Shown piece by piece: positions 27,199 through 43,527 of a DNA stretch of 64,000 bases. Made by a program: the position numbers and the translations under genes. This DNA is from Balanoglossus misakiensis. Its lineage: Eukaryota; Animalia; Hemichordata. Numbering within the stretch: the stretch's first letter is position 1; each line of letters starts with the position of its first letter. Below the pieces are notes generated by a model. The model saw nothing but the letters and a program-made list of their open reading frames with translations. It did no database searches and was not told the DNA's origin. The stretch spans positions 7,877,129 through 7,941,128 of the forward strand of contig CM082576.2 of the NCBI GenBank assembly GCA_040954595.2, given 5' to 3'.

Positions 27199-30100
27199 TC
27201 AAATCACGCGGAGTGTGGTATATTCAGTGAAATTTTATTCGTAAGGCATTAACTTGAGTAAAGAGCTCGAAAAGGGTACCCACGGTGACAATTAGAAACC
27301 CGCAGTCACACTGCCCTCGTTCAAAATGCCCATCGCTGATTTAACAAGCTTGAAAAGTGTTCATAGGCAATAAAGAAGTCGCGGCTCTGAACAGATAGGT
27401 TCTGTAGCTGTACTATAAGTACTAGCCGCATAGCCTTTCTCCAAGTCTGTCATAGACAGCCTTAGATACCCATCATCGTAGAGCAGTTTGGATTTTAAGA
27501 TGTGAATCTACATATGAACCGAAAACAGTTCAAATAGCGTACGCGTGATATTCTTGCAGATATATTCAAAGGCGGACTTTAATAGTCCCTTTAGGCAGTT
27601 GACAGGAAATTGGATATAAAATTCGACCGCTTCCTTTCAACATCCAACACAGGTCGCTAATCCTTCGCAAAATGCTTCGATCCGCAAACGACACATTCAG
27701 TCTGACAGATCTAGCTTTCTTCCCCGATACGTCTGATAGGCGTTTATATTCTGACAAGAATTCCCAGAGCTTTTCGGCGCCCACGCTAGTAGACGTGCAC
27801 GGCCTTGGAAATGCGACCTTCACCGGAGGGGGGTTGGGGAAAATTACGTTAGTTTTCATGAATGAACGTGCCAGCGCCCGTTCTATTATGCAAACAGGCA
27901 GCGTATTTCTGTGTAAATCCCGTAAAACGCCGTCTGACGCCTCCGGTGACAGCAATTCTCGTTGGTATTTCTACTCACGTCAACTTTAATCTTGTAAACC
28001 GCCGGAAGTAACGCTTTCAATACCAAATTCAAATGGCAATTTTCTACACCGGTTAAAAAAAAGAAAACCAATGTACCTTGTTTTATTTTTTTAAATTAAA
28101 ATTATCCTATTATTTCGCTAATTCTAATTTTCTTCAATGTCTATTTTCCTTGTCAGCTGCCGAGCATCTCTTCAATCAATTAAAAACCGTCTGAGGTGTG
28201 ACCACTCACAAAATGAAACGATTTACACTTACCAGAAATCTATAACTCATCACGCACCCGTAATTGACGGACCGAGATTGCCAGAATGAATCTCCCTGAA
28301 CGCTGCACCCATAACTGTGCTTGCGGTTAAACCCGTGTCATTTATTATCTGGGATATTATGCCCGCGGTTACTCTATAACAATGTGTAGGGCAAGCCAAG
28401 GTCAAGGACTGAAAAATAGGAGAGTTGTTTACGCGGCTGGTACATCATTGTACTACACTTTAAATGTCCACTCAATTTCAAACAGGATGTTGCTGTTTGG
28501 GGTGTTGTGTAGCATTCACTGTATGTAAGAATGTACATGTATGTACTGAACGCTGTATTTCTCGTGAAGATAACCAGTTTTATATTTATATGAATATATT
28601 TTTTGAAAACCATGTAATCGGAACAGCACATATTATTTTTTTTGGCCTTTAGATGCTTTTGATTTCATACCATCGGATCGGGGAAAATGCAAACAAATGC
28701 AGCTAGTGGGGCTTTAATGGTTATGTTTGTTTTCGTGCATACATACATGTGTATGCGAAACTAGTAGTAAACAGTCTTGTGCTGTTTATGCAAACTTAGC
28801 AGATTGTCCGGTTGATTATCGGCTATCATGACGGGTGTTATTAACAACCATATGTCGCATTCCCAGACAAGCTACTATGCCTCTGTGCACTGTGTCGTGT
28901 GGTTTAAAATCATTAAACGATACGAAACGGAACTGAACGGAAAAATATTGCAATAAATTCATGAGCATTGCTGACGTAGTCAAAGTCAGCGCAATCGTTG
29001 GTGTTACACTGATGGCTCAAATTTAGCACGCCACACTTTTGCTGCGGACAGAAAAGTTTCGATTTAAATAGCCGCACTACTTGTGGCTATTTTTTGTTAT
29101 CTTTATTCTGTGTGTCTTCTGCACTTTCTCCTGCGAATCCCTGAGCCATGATGAAATACCTATACTATAGGTTGATGCTCACAAACAGAATACTAAAAAT
29201 TTGATTTTATACAACAATTACATGAGCTAATGTCCCTAAGTTAGTTCGCCGTTTGAACAAGTTTGAATAATTCAAAGTGAACGTTCGTGAACAGAAATAG
29301 AATATACAGAGGTCTCATGTGGCAAATTGACTATCCTTTGGTTGTGACGTAATAGTATTTTTTTAAAACCCACATCGTCGATCACGCGATGTTTCTCATA
29401 TCACGCAGCGGTAACAAATCTCTTACGCACCACTGAGTGACCACTTAACTATATATGTTCCCGCCTTTACCTGTGCACATCATGTGACGTCGACGTGACC
29501 GGATTACGCTAACCTTCGCGTGAGTCTGGGACGACATTTTAACGATGACGTCATGACAAATGAAACAGGTACACAGCATGCACACGTGTTTTTCCTAGCA
29601 TGGCACTCTACTACGAATTCACTCGCTAACTCAACACATAGACGATCCCATGACTATTGCAAGGAGTCTGTTTATTCACCTAATATCATTGTGCCACGAT
29701 GCCGGGCTCTTTCTCTCTCTCTCTCTCTCTTTCTTTCTCTGACTCAAGTTTGTGAAAGAGCTGGTTGTAATCATATACTAGTATTTTCATAAACCATCAA
29801 CCGGTTTCAAAACAGCCACTTCAAGAAGGACCTTGGTTTAAATTCATTCAATAAGTTTTAAAGACATAATAGAGTACGTGACAACAAGGTGTTCCCATCC
29901 TACTTTTTTTCAATTAAGGGGTCTACAGCTCTATCGAAATATCAAGCATGGTGACAAAGTGTTGCCATTTAATAGTACTTTTGAGGATCTTCGTAAAAAC
30001 AGCATACTGGTATATTTTAACTCCTTGCCACCTGCACGATTCAGTTGGTTATCTGTGGCACCTCCTCGCCCGACGCTTCGGGCGGGCCACATTTTCATTT

Positions 30101-33100
30101 CTCTGTTACGCAAGCATTGTTACAGGTTTCACGTGAATTCTGCATGCTACCTGCTGCGTAGTTGGTGTTGTGGCGCGCGAAAAAAGATCTCGATCACTTG
30201 CGACACGCACCAGTGAGTTGGTCAAAGGCCGCGTCGTTTGATACCTGTCCCAATCTGCGTTTAGCTTTCTGTACAAAGTCCATGCGTACTACATGTCATG
30301 AGATAATGACGTCAATGGCACTATTTTTAGAACGAGCTGCCTAAATCTTCACCCAGGCAGACAAAGGGTACACTTCGTCTATTGTGTGCCCGGGCATTTC
30401 TCCCTTTCAAACACATGTATTTTGCAGCTCAGCCCACGTAATAGAAATGCAGTGTCCAGCCACTGACGCACGTGCATTGTTCGCTGGAATGTTTATGTTG
30501 GGGTTGCCTGGCACGAACCTATTTTTAGGTGCGAATGAAAACCAAACTTTCTTTTTTAACGCTACCAACTCCGTTCAATTGGTACCAGTCTTCACAAGGA
30601 CATTTCAATGAAAACTCGCACCAAATTTAGAAATTCGACCAGAATGACGTTGACGGATCTTTGCACATGTATGACCAAGTAAGACCATATTTTCACTATC
30701 AAAGTTGACCAAAATGGGGCAATAAGAGCGTGACTTAGCAACAGGTATTGTTGTTTGTTTGTACATAGCCAGTGCAGCCACGTACTCTGTACTGTCTGTG
30801 ATTTATAACATACTAATATTGCGGGCGGAGCTCTACAAAACCTTGGACGGAGCATGGAGGTACCATGGACGGAGCCAGGTCACTCATTTAGTCAAGCTAA
30901 CTTCAGATGTCTAAGCTAGAGTCAGCGACAGACCGGAGTTCGTGGTCGACGGTCGAACTCCATGTTGCTATATGTCCCCAATCGCTTACTACCTATACAC
31001 CCATGTGCATGGCAGTTCTCCGTCTACCGTCTCAGTGACACTACACTGCAGTCCCATACAGTTTGTACAATGTTCTGGCAAGTCACTTTTCGCGGAAGCT
31101 GTCTCTCGAAACGACTAAACTCGACACCTTGTGGCAGTCTTTGCTAATCGAGTTCTTTTCTGAACAAATCGTGTAGTGGTTCAAGGCGACCTCATGGTGG
31201 ACAGGCACTCTTCGACCAGTGCAGGTCACAACAGACGTACCTTACAGGGGCTGGCCGGTATCTTCGGACATCTGCCGCTCCGGGTATGGCTTCTTGGCTA
31301 GTCCCCGTCAAACGGTAATAAAATCGGTCCCTGGCCAACTTCTTCTTCGGGGAGGGGGATCCCGTTATTCTCCGTTTTGTGGACCATTTTTGTCGCAGTT
31401 TTTGCCACCAGACACGAAGTGTAACCGTGGCGTAGAAGGCTTCGTGACTCTGTCTTTGTATGAGTCATGCTGCCTACACCTTCAAGTCTAAATAAACTTT
31501 GTGTGGGGAAAATCGACCCCACCCATGTTATCATCACACAGGCTTACAGAACAACAAAACAGAAGGAATGGAGGTGTTTTCAAAAATTTTATAATTATCA
31601 CTAGAAGTTTCATTGAGGTCAGAGGATTGATTTGATCTTCACGTGTTCTGACGAAATATTTCCTTTTATTATTTTAATAAAACTGGTCCAGTAACATTGC
31701 CCAGGCTTCGCATTTAAAGCGCGAGTCAAAGTACGCGAAATCCCTGCCCCATATATCACGGATGTGTCTGCACTGAAAACTATATATACATGAACAAACG
31801 ATGGTGGACTGTGGGTCAACTCTATTTATTTTGCCCTGGCAGAGATTGTGAATGACCTCATAAATGGGTCAAGTAAAGAGTCTCCTCAGATGATGTGTTG
31901 GGCCAATTTTATGGGGGAAAGGGAGGCCTGGAGCCATGAGAATGCTGAAATCCCCGGGGTTGTATACCCATTTAAAGTCTGACCCTGGCCGACCCGCGGT
32001 CTGCGATGTTCATCAGATATCGACGGCAACTTGTAAAGTTACACCCGATAGCTCTTCTCACACGTGAAAAGACTGGACTGTAAATCCCCCTGCTGCAGGC
32101 AACGCCGGAGCAAGAGGGTGATACACACAGCCCCTATTACTTGAACCACATGGCCGACTGGGAGTATCACAGTTAATTTGTGAGATCCGCGGTAATAGCT
32201 TGGTCACATGTTGTATCGACCTCGTCGTGATTCGAAGGGACGAGTAGCGAATACGATACGCGGCGAGATCTGATTTTAATGGAGTTTGTGAGTGTGATAC
32301 CAATATTAAAAGGCGTAGTGTAATTTTGATTTATTGGGTTAGTGTTACACTCAACAAATCTCCTTTCATTTTCCAGACCGACATCCACCCATCGTTTATA
32401 TCTACATGGCGCTACGTCCAGAATCTCCACGAATGACTGTCATTTTGGGCTATACTAATTTATCCCCTCCCTCGTCAATCAAAATCACCGCAAATCTCGA
32501 TTTTTTTTGCTTGACTTTCATGACATAAAACAACTAATCCCCGATGAAGAGCGGATTTGGCTTATAATCGGAAAAAAAAATGGCCAACTTCGAATTCCTC
32601 AGAAGGATGTCTTCAAATCTTATCGCCGAGAGCAGACGTGTCCTCGGTCTCGTTCTCCTGTCGACGTTCGCAGTATTGCCCCGTCATCCTTTTGGCGAAT
32701 GCGATGGACCGTTACCGTACCGTTCCGCACCAGGCACGGGAGATCCGGAATACTAGTAGTGTTATCAGCAGACTCGAGATTGTCCGGAATGTCACCCGGA
32801 TTGGGTCATTTTCTTTTTCTGTCCTTTCGTCATTATTTCTCTGTATCTTGACGTCCACTTACAAACACTTCTCTCCGAGATCTCCGTTTATCTCATTCAG
32901 ATAAAAACGACTAGTCTCGTGCTTGAAGTTATTGTTATGTACAACAACACATGAGCGAGAGCCAAGCACTTGACGTACCGACGTCCTTGTTTTGGTCCGG
33001 TTTTCTTACATTTGAACGATTTCAAAATAATAGCACTCGATCTTATCAAAATTTTCAAAATATATGAAGCATTTCTGTACACTTGATAAAGTGTGAATAA

Positions 33101-36019
33101 AAGTTGGGAATCAAAAAGGTTTGTAGAAGGTGCGGTGATTACGCTTTCTCAGTGTGTACGTGTATGGCTGTATCAGACCACTTGGTGTCAGGTTCGATGA
33201 CGTCACGGATCTTGTGTCGTCACCTGTAAGTACAAACACACACCTTATACTTATTCCAGTCCCAATCAGAAGAAGAAGTGCACTGGTGCATGGGTACCCT
33301 ATCTCCCGACTAAACTAATACGGGATTTACGCACAAAATTGGACATTTTCCAAAATAAACACTAAAGTCTTCCAACAAGTGGTCAGCAGAACCCGAGTGC
33401 TTAATAGAAAACACCAGTTACCGCCACACTTCCATTGTGATTTGTTTTTGATAGTTTTAATCGAAGTTAGCAGATTGAGGCGACCCTGAATGAAATATCT
33501 GTCTGCGTTGTTGCAGACAGATGTTAAGACCATTCCGCCTGGTTTGACCCGATTCAACCCAGCTATTGTTTTCAACGGCGTTCTCGGGTTTCCATGCGGC
33601 ATTGTGCACAAGTGCGTGTGAGAGTCTGGATGGAGAGTTTCCCCGCTGTCTTTCACTCCTCAAAGCCGGTGATGATGGCGGAGTGCGCCGTTCCGTGTCA
33701 AGGGTCACGTCCTGAGGGCGTGCGTGCAGTGGAATATGATCACCCTGCAGAGTATACAACGATGAAAATCTGCTAATCTTGTAACTGGCCATGCAATGCA
33801 ACGCCGACACTAACACGGTCAATGCTAAGGCTAGTATAGGTTCTTAATTGTGACCTTCTCGGCGGGAGTGCCTGGTGAAGGTACGTCAAGCGAAACCTTA
33901 AAGGGGAGTGCATGGTTCTAAGACGATCTCCGACGATTTTAATTTCACAAAATCGTTCATATTACCAGGAAAAAATAGGTGCAGGCTTTGCCTACAACGT
34001 TTTTATTTATGAAATTTTAAGCCTATGATATCAATTGAGTTTATATTATCTCCACATGGTAAATAGAACGAAAATACTCAGTCAATTTTGCTAATTCGTC
34101 AGATCAATTCGATCTCACGCAAAACTTTCGCGTGTCGATTTAATTTTTACTTCGATCTCCGTTGCAATCACGTACACTACTGACGGGCCAAGGCTGTGGA
34201 TGCATTCCCAGTGGGCCAGACGAGCTACATAAACGCAATCACACTAATCCAAGACTATCAATCGCGCACTAAACTGTTCCGAGACCCACGGGAAGGTTCA
34301 AGTTCCTCGCCCCGGATAAAAAATAACTTTCCGCACCACAACAACATGGACTTCTGACCCCAGACGGAACAGTTACTTGCCCCCCAAACCCGCGCGGTCG
34401 TTGTGTTCCCAATTAATTTGCTTTCATGTGACCCGCATGCGACCTGCTTAATTTCAACACCCTTCCATTTAATCCGGAACACTTGTGATGAAGCTTTTTA
34501 TAAAGCGACGCGATGTGCCCATTAGACTCTTCCCGGTATCGGCTTACGTTACAATAAATCATTTAATGGTTTTTGAATATCGCACACGGGTTGATTTAAC
34601 TCTGTAGTGGATTGATCCGCGACCATTCAATAGAGTTGATATTTCACCATGCACATTTTGTCAAAATGACGTATACTTTTATCAAACTGACACATGACAT
34701 GTTTGGACAATTACTTCTAGCTCAGCACGACCATTGTATACCATAAAGAACGGACGTCACGATAGTTTCGATGGTTGTAGTATGTTAACGTTATGTTCAC
34801 TTCTGCATGGACACTGAAGAGACATTTCTTTTCTTGCACAATTTGCATTTTGTTATATTATTCGTTCCAAGTACAACGTTTAAAGGGTTTTAACACATTC
34901 CTTCTCTAACATCATATATAAGTCATCGAACGGCGCAGTTGGTCGTGGATGAAGTTGTTATCATGGTTACCAGGATTTTGCTCCCGCAAACCCAATGTCA
35001 CGTGTCAAATATAATTTCGCATAAGGCGGTGTGCGCAGTATGGTTTCGCACATTAAGGTTCGAAGTTTAATAAGATTCCAACAGTGCTAAGTCAAATAGT
35101 CACCATGAAAAATTTGAAAATCAGTCGCAATGAGCGATATCGGTGAATTTGAAGGTTCTCATGATGGAAATATCATCTATATTCCGTTGAAAATATCGTC
35201 ATCTCATTCGTAAAAGTAAATGAATTTGTTGTGTCTGTATTTTTAGAGACCGACAGACTGTCGGATATAGGTTGGGCGGGTGAACGCTCTGAAAGCCGAA
35301 GAACTTGGTTTTTATTATGACAATTGCGGCGACGATAAATTTTGTTTCGACACCGCCGGCGCCGGTCTGCAACGAAACTGGCGTGGCCACACTGCATGGT
35401 AGAGACAGTGGCAGTCACACAGTTGAGGAAACAAAAAACTCTCATGGAAACTATGCAAGGCGATGTAAAAGCTGGCCTGCATAAATATTCTAGTTCAAAC
35501 AAAGACATTTCAGGAGTTGTCAACGAAGCCGATGGACGCGTCCTTCCCGCGCGGCCGTTGACGCGCATTGTCCACGCCTTCGCGGAAATATCAAAGCTGG
35601 TTCGAAGGCCACTTGCCATATATGGATAAAAGGGGAAAGTTCAACTTCGCGTTGGAAAGCGAAGTCCCTGGGGTGGATTTTTAAAACTGCGGTGAAGCTT
35701 CCCCAAAATCTGAGGACCTATCCCATTTTCCCGACCCACGCACATCGACCAAGTTTACATACCATGATACATGTATTGCGCAGAATGTTGTATTTATTCA
35801 GAGAAATGTGTGAGTCTCTTCTGAGAGAAAGTGAGGTTTGACGTTCTGGTACGGTTCACACGCACTTGCATGGCCTTGTCTCCGATGTCCCTCGTTAGAG
35901 ATTTATAGATAATATATCATTTCACGTCCTTAAACGATGAAATGTAAAGTTCGTCTCGCGATGTCACGGCGGCGTTCACCCAATTTCCCGATGACCATCG
36001 CTTTGCATATGCGTAGAAT

Positions 36020-36175
36020 CATTCATTCATTTATTTGTTTGTTATTTAGTTCATTCATTCATTCATTCATTCATTCATTCATTCATTCATTCATTCATTC
36101 ATTCATTCATTCATTCATTCATTCATTCATTCATTCATTCATTCGCTTGTTCGTTCGCTCGTTCATTCATTCATT
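36020..36175. repeat. (CATT)n microsatellite
   Basis: Read directly. Confidence 0.95.
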
Positions 36176-37455
36176 GCGTAAAAGTACAAATACCACAAAC
36201 CGTTTCCTCTGCGTAGCAACTTTTAATTCACCTTGTAAGTTATATAGAACCCTATGACATGCCGTATACGGCCGGCAACATCTGAAATTTGCCTGAAGTG
36301 GCCTTGTCAGATTTGCAAGGAACATATGAGGAGGAGGTCGGGGGAATCCTCTACTGCATATAATTCTGGAAACGCACGTGAACACAAAATTCCCCCGCGA
36401 AAGACAAATATGGCAGTCGTTATTCACACCTCTATCGACGCACTTCCATCGGCCTTCTTGCCATCCCCTTCCTTTTCCTGTAAATTGGACTCTGTTCAGC
36501 GGATATGCCGCTATAAGAATTGCGTACATACTACATAACCTATGACGCTCTGCCCTGCACACGAGGGATTGCTTCCGAGTCGTGTCTTCATTTCCGCCGA
36601 CTCTCCCCGCCAGGTACACACGCATCACTTCTGAGGAAACCTGACCCGAAGTGTGAATATTGACAAAGAGAAAAACAAACAGCTGACTCAGCGCATTTCC
36701 CGTCAAGTCCATGGTCAAACTCCTTAGAGCGTACACCGACCTTCACCCTGTCACCATGTACCACTGGCGGCGCTAGCTTCATTTTACGAACAAGAATAAG
36801 AACATGTAGTCGTAGTGAAAAAAAACAACCCAGAAAGTACACATGTTCATGTCTTATGCAAGTTTTACAACAAGGTTCCATAGAGGGCGCTACTTTCGAA
36901 CTCCATCTCTGAACTCAGAACGCGATCGCAGTGACGTACGTGTTGCCGATCATGAATATTAATCAAGTTGTCGTCAAGAAGCCATACGCTTAACAACAAT
37001 AGTACGGCGGCTGAATGCGATGTGAAGGAATTTGTGAGTCGCGAAGTTTTTAAGTCATGGCTTGAAGTAGTAAGTCTTCGGAAATTTAACCAAATCTTTG
37101 GACGGTTTTACAAACATTTTACCCTCGAGAATCGTGTGCCGAAACAATCTTCAGTACTTTGTCGATTGTAGACGTACCGTACGTACCCGATGTCCGGTTG
37201 TTTACACTGGTCATCGAAGCAAGTGGACAAACATGTACCAGGACACGGAAACATGTTAAACCTTGAAAACTGAGTTCTCTTCTGTGAGCGAAGTGGCTGT
37301 ACAATGTGTAAGTTAATGTCAACATTTCAAGTGCGCTTGTAGTCAAACATTTCTGACTGGTGTGCATGGCAGAATCCTTCGAAGTGTCGCCTTAACATTT
37401 CAATACCACAACAACGTCGGCCACGAAAGTGACCAGCACTTCGTGACGTACAAAC

Positions 37456-38877
37456 ATGGCGGCACCAGGAAACTGGACCAACTACACTGGCAACTACACG
37501 GGGAACTTCACCAACTCCACAGTCGCTCCGACGACCGACATCAGCGATTTCAGTCCGGCGCCACTGGGAGCGACAGAGGCGCTTCTTGCGGCCATTCTGG
37601 TGTTGATAATAATTTGTGTACTCCTCGGAAACATTTTCGTACTGGTGGTGTTTTGCAAAGTGCCCAGGCTCAGAAAACCGGGACCTATGTATTTTGTTTT
37701 CCTGGTAGCGGTCACGCACTTAGCCGCGGTGCCATTCTCGCTGGTGCCGTCCGTCGTTGCCGTGGTAACGGGGAAATGGGTCATGGGCGACGTCTTCTGT
37801 TACATCTCCGCGTACGTGGCCAACTTGTGCTACCACCTGACGATCCACACCCTGGGCCTGATCTGCTTCGAGCGGTACCTGCGAATCTGTCGACCGGTCA
37901 AACACGAGGAAATCTTCTCCGAGCTGGTGACAGTCATAGTTGTGTTGGGCATTGTGTTTTTCGACTGCGTCCTGGTCGTGTTTCCTTTGGTCGGCTGGGG
38001 AGAGTACGCCTACCTGCCCCTGGAGTACCAGTGTCGGATGACCGCCCTCGGCTGGCAGAAACAGGTCTCGCACCTCCATTTCACGTTCGCCATGACGCTC
38101 GTCATACCGGTCGTCTTCTCCCTCGCCTGCTTCTGCCTCATCCTCGGCCGCGTCCGGGAGCACCGCCGCGTCGGCGTCCACCCGGGCGACAGCAGCGGCG
38201 GCCACGACAAGTCGAAAGACTCGTACGGCGACCGCGTCCGCCGCTCGCAGGACAAGATGAAGCGCAGGATACTCCGCAAGAAACTGAAGACGTCGACGTC
38301 GGATAAGGAATACGGCGCCAACAAAAAACGAGAGAAAGAGATGCGAAGGAAAGCCGAACTCAGCGACAGCTCGTCCTCCGAAGACGAAGACAGTGTCCCC
38401 ATCGGGCATCGGAAATACGTGCGGACCAGAAACTGGGCCAGAAAGGTGCGATACCGGGTGTACGAAGTCGCCATGGCGAGGACCGTATTCTGGGCCTGGG
38501 TGGCGTTCTTCCTCTGCTGGTTCCCGTACTTTGTCTGCAAGTATTTGGAGACGTACGAGACATCGGCCCTTCCGCAGGGAATATTGCTGATCGCCGTCTG
38601 GATTACACATGCGAGCTACGCGCTGTTGCCCATCGTCTACGTCGCCGACAATCGCCGCCTTCGGCTCGGCTTCCTGCACGTCGTCAGAAAAAAGAAGACG
38701 GGTTCGTTCGACGTCGATGACGACTATGAACTCGACGAGAAGAAGGGATCCGCATATAAATCCGGAAAGAATAACAGGGTCACCTCGTCTACCAGAGACT
38801 CAGTAAGCAGAAACGATCCCGGGGAAAATGTGGCGCCGATTTCTATGACACCCATCCAAGAAATGCACGAAGATTAG
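37456..38877 (+). CDS. Intronless orphan class A (rhodopsin-like) GPCR, 473 aa
   Basis: Several N-terminal N-x-T/S glycosylation sites. TM1 GN, TM3 C...FERY, TM4 FPLVGW, ECL2 Cys, long charged ICL3, TM6 FFLCWFPYF and TM7 LPIVY. Good Kozak context AAACATGG. GPR161/GPR101-like affinity is only an impression. Confidence 0.9.
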   Translation: MAAPGNWTNYTGNYTGNFTNSTVAPTTDISDFSPAPLGATEALLAAILVLIIICVLLGNIFVLVVFCKVPRLRKPGPMYFVFLVAVTHLAAVPFSLVPSVVAVVTGKWVMGDVFCYISAYVANLCYHLTIHTLGLICFERYLRICRPVKHEEIFSELVTVIVVLGIVFFDCVLVVFPLVGWGEYAYLPLEYQCRMTALGWQKQVSHLHFTFAMTLVIPVVFSLACFCLILGRVREHRRVGVHPGDSSGGHDKSKDSYGDRVRRSQDKMKRRILRKKLKTSTSDKEYGANKKREKEMRRKAELSDSSSSEDEDSVPIGHRKYVRTRNWARKVRYRVYEVAMARTVFWAWVAFFLCWFPYFVCKYLETYETSALPQGILLIAVWITHASYALLPIVYVADNRRLRLGFLHVVRKKKTGSFDVDDDYELDEKKGSAYKSGKNNRVTSSTRDSVSRNDPGENVAPISMTPIQEMHED

Positions 38878-38882
38878 TCGTT

Positions 38883-39221
38883 TATCGTACACCTGTCTTC
38901 TAAGTGTTATCTGTTAGACAATTTTAATGTCAATCTATAATTTTGCAATCATTTTTAGCAGCTTTCCGAGATTAAATTTTCGTATGCATTTAAAATATCC
39001 ACCGACTTTCAATGTTGTGATCGAATAAAAGCTGTATATATCGTAGGAAACTAGCGGCGTATGATTAATCGTGTATCATATACCTGTCTTCTAAGTCCGA
39101 TCAATTTTTGTATAAATAAATAATTTTGTAATCATTTTTAGCCGTTCTCAGAGGTTAAATTTTTTATGCAATTAAAATATCCACCGACTTTCAAGCTGTG
39201 ATCGAATAAAATATGTATATA
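38883..39221 (+). repeat. Imperfect direct duplication (~150-160 bp x2) in the GPCR 3' flank
   Basis: Both copies (~38883-39040 and ~39075-39221) contain ACCTGTCTTCTAAGT...AATCATTTTTAGC...TTAAAATATCCACCGACTTTCAA...TGTGATCGAATAAAA. Confidence 0.85.
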
Positions 39222-40048
39222 ATGTAATCGGATTCGGAAACTCACGTATGTGGGTCTGAGAAAAAAGTGAGTTTAGAAAACAGCTGCTGGCGGCATCACT
39301 GTACAGTATAGGTCTCTGTTCTCAATGTAATTTCTTTTACATGTATAGATTTGTTTTTAAGTACTGATACTTTTGAGCACATTTTAAGTTCCACTATTTG
39401 TAGGCCTAATGTATAACTTTTAACATTTTTTTCTAGTTGAATTTCCCCATGAAACTGGCAACAATTGTTTGCCCTTTAGATTGTACGATACCGAGACATT
39501 TTCTCGCATTGCGATATGCAGATAAGGCCAGTTGATGGTTGCTATGGGAATAAAGCGCAGGTGATATTTTTGAACCCATTAATTTGGGTTTGCATTGATT
39601 TACGATGGAATCCCTTTCCTGAAATAAAATATGACATATATGATGAACGTTTTTAGTGTCGTATACGTAGTGAATGTGTGGGCAAGATTCGTGATTTAAG
39701 GGCACACGAACGAATCAACAGACACATAGCAAGGTATACACCTGCGCGATATGAAAAGTCCTCAGTCAGATCATTTGGTTGTGAAATGGAAGTTGAATGA
39801 CAAATTGATCGTTCTGTTGGGGTGGAATGTACCTTGAGCGAGTGATCTAGTCTCAAGTTTTTCGCCTACAGTCGTACGCTCTAATTCCCCGAAAATAAAC
39901 TCGAGAAGAGCTTGGAAAACGTATGCACTGATATCAGACCGGTATGGTGCCCTCTATCGGCGAACTTAATAAACGTCGCCAAACATGGCTGCCACCATTC
40001 ACGGTAAAATCACACGTGCGTTTGTTGACGCTTGATCATCTACCAACT

Positions 40049-43150
<3,102 letters not shown>

Positions 43151-43527
43151 CAAACATCTGAATACAAATGATTTTTATTCCGAGTCTGCTTAAGCTCCGT
43201 GGAATACACATGTTATAATGCAATTTTTAGCATTCTACTTCTTGAGAAGTAGCTGCACAAAAATGAGTGAAGTTTATTGTCTTTCACTCTGTCTCTGAAA
43301 TATCTGTACATGAAGAGCTTCTGCAAGCCTGGTCGTACGTAAATTTTTCACTACACTGATATAGTTCTCGTATTGTAACAGTAATGAAACTAAGATAGTA
43401 TTTTTATTTATGCAAATAAAACATCATTACTAAATGTGAACCCAGAGTTGTCTTTTCATGAGCAAGATTTGGATCTGCGCTTGGCTTATACATGTCTACT
43501 TCTGTGGTACTTTTGTTGACAGGAAAC

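Noticed and set aside
27566-27989. 129-aa (-) and 105-aa (+) ORFs upstream of Fos
   Set aside because: No recognisable domain or coding-like composition; the minus ORF has a non-ATG start with an in-frame stop just upstream.
37362-38679. 314-aa (+) and 319-aa (-) ORFs overlapping the GPCR
   Set aside because: Alternative-frame and antisense shadows of a GC-rich coding exon.
37456-38877. Possible opsin
   Set aside because: No Lys at the K296-equivalent position in TM7 (His instead) and no NPxxY.
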